Of a DNA stretch of 64,000 nt, positions 58,831 through 64,000 are shown in pieces. A model generated the notes under the pieces. It saw only the letters and a list, made by a program, of their open reading frames with translations. It did no database searches and was not told the DNA's origin. The stretch is from a virus, in the IMG/VR virus record IMGVR_UViG_3300047564_002155, positions 1 through 64,000 of that record; one strand, written 5' to 3'. The translations under genes and the position numbers were made by a program. Numbering within the stretch: the stretch's first letter is position 1; each line of letters starts with the position of its first letter.

Positions 58831-60405
58831 ATGGCAAAAAGTTTAAAGGAACTTATTAGGGAAGAGTACATTAAATGTGCTAAAGACCCAGTGTATTTCT
58901 TTAAGAAATATTGTTATATCCAACACCCTCACCGAGGTAAAATTCTTTTCAATCTTTATGATTTCCAAGAAGATTTGATGAGGGAGTTTGATGACCACAG
59001 GTTTAATGTAATCCTCAAATCACGTCAGTTAGGTATTTCTACTCTATCCGCCGGATACTCTTTATGGATGATGTTATTCCACGAAGATAAAAACATTTTG
59101 GTAATTGCAACCAAACAAGAAGTAGCAAAAAACCTTGTGACTAAAGTAAGGTTTATGCACGAAAACCTACCAAGTTGGTTAAGAGGCCAAACCGAAGAAG
59201 ACAATAAACTTTCTTTACGATTGAGAAATGGTTCTCAAATTAAAGCAACATCAGCAGCAGGTGACGCGGGTCGTTCTGAAGCTCTTTCAATGTTAATTAT
59301 GGATGAGGCTGCGTTTATTTCCAACATTGAAGATATTTGGACTTCTGCTCAATCAACTCTTTCAACCGGTGGTAAAGCTATTGTCTTATCAACTCCAAAT
59401 GGTGTTGGTAACTGGTTTCATAAAATTTGGTTAAAAGGTGAGGCCGGTGATAGTTGGAATCCAATCAAACTTCACTGGACCGTTCACCCTGAACGAAACC
59501 AAAGTTGGAGAGATGACCAAACAAAATTACTTGGTGAAAAGGGCGCAGCACAAGAATGTGATTGTGACTTTATCAGTTCGGGTTACACGGTAGTAGACTC
59601 ATCAATTCTAACTTGGTATACTGAAACTTATATTAAAGACCCAATTGAAAAACGAGGATTTGATGGAAATTATTGGTTGTGGGAATATCCAAATTATTCT
59701 CGTGACTATGTAGTGGTAGCCGATGTGGCTCGTGGCGATTCATCCGACTATTCAGCATTTCACGTTATTGATATTGAAACCGTAGAACAAGTTGCTGAAT
59801 ACAAAGGTAAGATTGAAACCAAACAATATGGAGCATTCCTTACATCGGTTGCTGCGGAGTGGAACAATGCTATGTTGGTGGTTGAAAACGCAAACATTGG
59901 TTGGGCTGTAATCCAAGAAGTTATTGATAGAAACTATACAAACTTATATTACTCATATCGTGAGTTGGGTTATGTAGATGATGATGTCCACCTACGAAAA
60001 GGTTGGGACCTAAAGAAAAAAGAAGATATGGTTCCGGGCTTTACAATGTCTTCACGAACAAGACCTTTGGTGATTTCTAAACTTGATACCTATATGAGAG
60101 AAAAAACACCAATCGTTCACTCAAAGCGTTTAATTGATGAGCTGTTTGTATTCATTTGGAATGGTTCCAAGGCGGAGGCTCAACAAGGGTATAACGATGA
60201 CTTGGTTATGTCGTTCTCCACAGGACTTTGGGTAAGAGACACCGCATTAAAATTAAGACAACAGGGTATAGATTTAAGCCGTACCGCATTAACTCACATT
60301 TCAAAGACTCAAGGTGGTGTTTACAACGCCAGAATGGGACAACATAATCCTTGGGTATTAAAAGATGGTAGAGGTAATGATGTAGATATGACTTGGATAC
60401 TTTAA
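58831..60405 (+). CDS. terminase large subunit (T4 gp17-like)
   Basis: KSRQLGIST, IMDEAAF, STPNG, ADVARG, VENAN, NDDLVMS. Confidence 0.95.
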   Translation: MAKSLKELIREEYIKCAKDPVYFFKKYCYIQHPHRGKILFNLYDFQEDLMREFDDHRFNVILKSRQLGISTLSAGYSLWMMLFHEDKNILVIATKQEVAKNLVTKVRFMHENLPSWLRGQTEEDNKLSLRLRNGSQIKATSAAGDAGRSEALSMLIMDEAAFISNIEDIWTSAQSTLSTGGKAIVLSTPNGVGNWFHKIWLKGEAGDSWNPIKLHWTVHPERNQSWRDDQTKLLGEKGAAQECDCDFISSGYTVVDSSILTWYTETYIKDPIEKRGFDGNYWLWEYPNYSRDYVVVADVARGDSSDYSAFHVIDIETVEQVAEYKGKIETKQYGAFLTSVAAEWNNAMLVVENANIGWAVIQEVIDRNYTNLYYSYRELGYVDDDVHLRKGWDLKKKEDMVPGFTMSSRTRPLVISKLDTYMREKTPIVHSKRLIDELFVFIWNGSKAEAQQGYNDDLVMSFSTGLWVRDTALKLRQQGIDLSRTALTHISKTQGGVYNARMGQHNPWVLKDGRGNDVDMTWIL

Positions 60406-60477
60406 TTTGGTAGTGTAGTTTATTTTTTGTATATTTATAGATTGTAAAAGTATACTCTTTTAGTTTAGAAAAACATT

Positions 60478-62337
60478 ATGGCAGACAATTCATTATTTGG
60501 AAGATTACAAAAACTATTCGCTACCCAAGTCATCGTAAGAAGAGTTGGGAAGAATCGTTTACAAGCCGTAGACTCACAAAGACTACAATCTCAAGGTAAT
60601 ATCCGTGGAACATCATACTACGATAGATTTGGTCGTTTACATACTTCTCGTAGGAATTGGGAAACCTACAACCAACAATTTAATTATCACTCAAACAAGT
60701 TAGAATTGTATACTGACTATGAGGCGATGGACAAAGATTCAATCATTACTTCTATTTTGGATATCTACTCCGATGAGTGTACCTTAAAGAACGATATGGG
60801 TGATGTGATTCGTATTAAATCTTCTGATGAGAATCTAAAAAAAATCCTTCACAACTTATTTTATGATATCTTAAATATTGAATTCAACCTTTGGGCTTGG
60901 GTTCGTGGTATGAACAAATATGGTGACTACTTTTTGTATTTAGATATTGAAGAGGGAGTTGGTATTGTAAATGTCCAACCAATTTCAGCATACGAATTTG
61001 AACGTGAAGAGGGATTTAATCCTGATAACCCTTATGAGGTTAGATTTAAATTATCCAATATGAGTTCTTCTACCAATTTCTCATATGGTAAAGATAAAAA
61101 TACATACTTCCCATTTTATCAGATTGCACACTTTAGATTAATGACCGACTCAAACTTCCTACCATATGGTCGTTCTTTGTTAGAGGGTGCTAGAAAAACT
61201 TGGAAACAATTAACTCTTATGGAAGACGCAATGATGATTCATAGAATTATGAGGGCGCCTGAAAAGAGAATCTTTAAAATTGATGTTGGTAATATCCCAC
61301 CACAAGAGGTTGACCAACATATGAGAAACATTATTGATGGAATGAAAAAAGTTCCATATATTGACCAGAACACGGGTGATTACAACCTCAAGTTCAATAT
61401 GATGAATATGTTGGAAGACTATTTCTTGCCGGTTCGTGGTGGTCAAAGTGGAACTGAAATTGATTCTTTGAGTGGTATGGAATTCGGTGGTATTGATGAT
61501 ATTGAATACCTAAAGAATAGAATGATGGCTGCTTTAAAAGTTCCTAAAGCATTCATTGGATATGAAGAGGGTGTGGAAGGTAAAGCTACCCTTGCTCAAC
61601 AAGACATCAGATTTGCAAGAACTGTGGAACGAGTTCAAAAGATTGTTCTATCAGAACTTACTAAAATTGCAATTGTTCACCTTTACTCACAAGGATACGA
61701 AAACGAAGACCTCGTTAATTTTGAGTTAGAGCTTACAAACCCATCTATTATTTACGAACAAGAGAAAATTGCTTTACTTTCTGAAAAGACAACTCTTGTA
61801 AGCAATATGAAGGATTTGAAGATGATTTCACAAGAGTGGATTTACAAAAACATCTTTAATATGTCTGATGATGAGTGGGAAAAAGAACAACAAAAAGTAA
61901 TTGATGACTTGAAGTTATCGTTCAGACACGAACAAATTACTACCGAAGGTAACGACCCAGCTAAAACGGGTGAATCGTTTGGAACACCTCACGACCTTGC
62001 TGTGATTGCACAACAACCTGCTGAAGAAGAGGGTGGTTCTCCTGAAGGTGGATTTCCTGGCGCTGGAAGACCAACTGAAAGTGGAACATACGGAACCGAC
62101 CAAGCAAATATGGGTAGAGACCCACTTGGTAAACAAACCGACATTAGTAGAGACAGTACATATCATAATTTTAGAAAAGGGCCAATGGCGGTTGAATCTC
62201 AAACGGCATTAAAATCTTCTCTGAAAAAAATGAAGGTTAAAACCAAGTCTATGATTATGGAATCCTTAAAACCAGAGTCTAAAACTGAAGAGCTGGGGTT
62301 GTTGGATGAGTCACAATTGTTAGATGATACGATTTAA
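60478..62337 (+). CDS. portal protein (T4 gp20-like)
   Basis: MEDAMMIHRIMRAPEKRIFKIDVGN, EDYFLP.RGG, ALKVP. Confidence 0.95.
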   Translation: MADNSLFGRLQKLFATQVIVRRVGKNRLQAVDSQRLQSQGNIRGTSYYDRFGRLHTSRRNWETYNQQFNYHSNKLELYTDYEAMDKDSIITSILDIYSDECTLKNDMGDVIRIKSSDENLKKILHNLFYDILNIEFNLWAWVRGMNKYGDYFLYLDIEEGVGIVNVQPISAYEFEREEGFNPDNPYEVRFKLSNMSSSTNFSYGKDKNTYFPFYQIAHFRLMTDSNFLPYGRSLLEGARKTWKQLTLMEDAMMIHRIMRAPEKRIFKIDVGNIPPQEVDQHMRNIIDGMKKVPYIDQNTGDYNLKFNMMNMLEDYFLPVRGGQSGTEIDSLSGMEFGGIDDIEYLKNRMMAALKVPKAFIGYEEGVEGKATLAQQDIRFARTVERVQKIVLSELTKIAIVHLYSQGYENEDLVNFELELTNPSIIYEQEKIALLSEKTTLVSNMKDLKMISQEWIYKNIFNMSDDEWEKEQQKVIDDLKLSFRHEQITTEGNDPAKTGESFGTPHDLAVIAQQPAEEEGGSPEGGFPGAGRPTESGTYGTDQANMGRDPLGKQTDISRDSTYHNFRKGPMAVESQTALKSSLKKMKVKTKSMIMESLKPESKTEELGLLDESQLLDDTI

Positions 62338-62385
62338 CCTACAATACGATATTTATTTATTAGAAAGTCAAATAAAAGGTTTGAA

Positions 62386-63225
62386 ATGGGTAAGTTAAAA
62401 CACAGTAAGTTCAAAAATACGGGTATTTTATTTGAGTTGCTCGTGAGACAAATTGCTGCTGATACATTAGGTGGCAAAAACTCACTGGCGCTTGAAATAA
62501 TTAAATCCCATTTCAAAAAAGGGACTGAACTAACCAAAGAGTTAAATCTCTATCAGACGCTTCAAAAAGAAACATTTGATACTCAATATAAAGCTCAAGA
62601 ATTTGTTAATATTATTTTAGAGCAGAGAAAAGGTTTAAACGAATCTATTCTTCGTAGACAAAAATATAATCTTATCAAATCTATCAAAGAATCTTATAAG
62701 ATTGATGACTTTTTTAAGTATCGTGTAAACAATTACAAAGAATTAGCATCAACCTACAAGTTATTTGAATATAAGCAAGAAAATTCTCCAAAAGAATGGG
62801 TTGATTGTAAGAATACTATCTTTGAAAGTATTATCACCAAAAAAGAACAATTGGTAGAACAAAAAACCAACGAAGAATACACAACACAACCAAAAGAGGT
62901 TCGTTTATTGGCTTACAAATTCTTGGTTGATTCATTCAATGAAAAATATTCAAGTTTAACTTCGGAACAAAAGAATGTATTAAGAACATACATCAATAAT
63001 ATTGATAATTCAGAGAAATTAAGAAAGTATGTTATATCTGAAGTTAAAAAATTAAAGACCGCATTTGGTAAAGTAAAAGTATCTGATAAGGTTCTATCTA
63101 TTAAGTTAAACGAAACTGTTAATTTGATGGAAAGTATCGCAACATCAAAGGTAATCAGCGAAACGCAGGTTCTTTCTCTATTAAGATACCACGAATTGCT
63201 TCAAGAAGTGAGGAAACTAAAATGA
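62386..63225 (+). CDS. putative prohead core protein
   Basis: KHSKFKNTGILFELLVRQI; downstream of portal; several (L/V/I)xE sites. Confidence 0.6.
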   Translation: MGKLKHSKFKNTGILFELLVRQIAADTLGGKNSLALEIIKSHFKKGTELTKELNLYQTLQKETFDTQYKAQEFVNIILEQRKGLNESILRRQKYNLIKSIKESYKIDDFFKYRVNNYKELASTYKLFEYKQENSPKEWVDCKNTIFESIITKKEQLVEQKTNEEYTTQPKEVRLLAYKFLVDSFNEKYSSLTSEQKNVLRTYINNIDNSEKLRKYVISEVKKLKTAFGKVKVSDKVLSIKLNETVNLMESIATSKVISETQVLSLLRYHELLQEVRKLK

Positions 63226-63731
63226 GTAAATACTTGCTAAAAGAACTTGAAGACAAATTCAATCAACTTGAACTTCAACAAGAAGAAGATGAGTTGGATG
63301 AAGCAAATGTGACCGCAAACCTTGATGGTGGTGCTGGTCCCCCAAGAACCCCATATGCTTTTGCTAAAAGTGAGGATGATATGGATGATGACCACATTGA
63401 AGTATTAGGATACAAAAAATCAAAAAAATCAAATCAACATTTTGAATCACTTTCACAATTAGATTCTAAATTAGAAAGTTTGATTGAAGCAACCTATCGT
63501 GCTTATAGAAAAGATGAGTCAATGTCTGCAAAGAAAAAAGTGAATCTTGCTATCAAAGAAATCAATCGTAAGTTGTATGAGGTTGAACAATTAGTAAATC
63601 AGAATACAAAACTTAAAACCGAAATGGGATTGAGTCAAGGTCAGTATTGGGAATCTACAAAAGTAAGATTTAGTAAGATTTCCGAAAGAATGTTAAAGAT
63701 TTCTCGTAAGATTAAAGAGCTGGGGTCGTAA
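63222..63731 (+). CDS. putative prohead core protein
   Basis: ELDE-AN, TPYAF; between portal and protease. Confidence 0.6.
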   Translation: MSKYLLKELEDKFNQLELQQEEDELDEANVTANLDGGAGPPRTPYAFAKSEDDMDDDHIEVLGYKKSKKSNQHFESLSQLDSKLESLIEATYRAYRKDESMSAKKKVNLAIKEINRKLYEVEQLVNQNTKLKTEMGLSQGQYWESTKVRFSKISERMLKISRKIKELGS

Positions 63732-63732
63732 T

Positions 63733-63873
63733 ATGTCTTGCGGATGTGAAAAGAACCAAGTTAATGAAGCTTTAGAGGTGGATGACATCTCTCAAATCAG
63801 ATTGTTGATTCGTAAAGAATTAGCTAAAGTATTTCTTGACCTTTACCGCAAAAAACAAATCTGGGAAAAATAA
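63733..63873 (+). CDS. small head-module protein (46 aa; absent from ORF track)
   Basis: MSCGCEKNQVNEALEVDDISQIRLLIRKELAKVFLDLYRKKQIWEK. Confidence 0.65.
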   Translation: MSCGCEKNQVNEALEVDDISQIRLLIRKELAKVFLDLYRKKQIWEK

Positions 63874-64000
63874 TGAAACAATTATTAGTTGATACTACTG
63901 TATTCCAAATTACACCTCAAATCTTGAAGGAGTCGCAAGACCGCCACGGAAGATTTTTGGTTACAGGTGTATTGCAGAGAGCAAACGCTAAAAACCAAAA
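63873..64000 (+). CDS. prohead core protease (T4 gp21-like), truncated by window end
   Basis: MKQLLVD...LVTGVLQRANAKNQ matches the gp21-family N-terminus. Confidence 0.8.
   Translation, partial: MKQLLVDTTVFQITPQILKESQDRHGRFLVTGVLQRANAKNQ

Noticed and set aside
58831-62337. Inteins or introns in terminase/portal
   Set aside because: Normal lengths, continuous motifs, no intein C..HN or homing endonuclease signature
1-64000. Minus-strand ORFs in the track
   Set aside because: All are short shadows of longer + strand genes with no recognisable motifs
1-64000. Stop-codon recoding (TAG/TGA) as in some Bacteroidota phages
   Set aside because: Core genes are intact in code 11, TGA terminates many genes, TAG terminates ORF 18713..18922, and there is no suppressor tRNA

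Overview
This is a 64-kb segment of a large, AT-rich, T4-like (myovirus-type) dsDNA phage. All genes I accept lie on the + strand. The host is probably Bacteroidota, inferred from recurrent TTTG-N19/20-TAnnTTTG sigma-A promoters, A-rich start contexts mostly lacking Shine-Dalgarno sites, a DUF4494-like gene and small lipoproteins. The left part (1-27 kb) is accessory. It holds dCMP deaminase, a DUF2589-like gene pair, a metallophosphoesterase, two SAM methyltransferases and a GT25 glycosyltransferase. It also holds an 11-tRNA cluster with structured spacers, a zincin-vWA/MoxR-AAA pair, a 2OG-Fe(II) oxygenase, DnaK, UvsE, ClpP, an HD protein and a gp55-like late sigma factor. The right part (27.6-64 kb) holds baseplate/tail genes, endonuclease I, primase, a Mre11-Rad50 (gp47-gp46) fusion, two modular polyproteins, a spanin-like pair, terminase, portal, core proteins and the start of a gp21-like prohead protease. 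The most notable observations are: (1) polyproteins whose modules are joined by repeated ESVNE or (L/V)xE linkers, with the ESVNE linkers encoded by a near-identical 15-bp DNA repeat, probably head cargo cut by the prohead protease; (2) three covarying H-type pseudoknots 3-4 nt upstream of tRNAs; (3) a highly non-canonical tRNA-Gly(TCC); (4) a DUF2589-like pair with a pore-like beta-hairpin; (5) a fixed-phase TTAACA-N5-TTAACA activator-like box; (6) apparent TCGA/GATC avoidance extending into tRNA T-loops. All family calls come from motif recognition by eye; no database searches were run.
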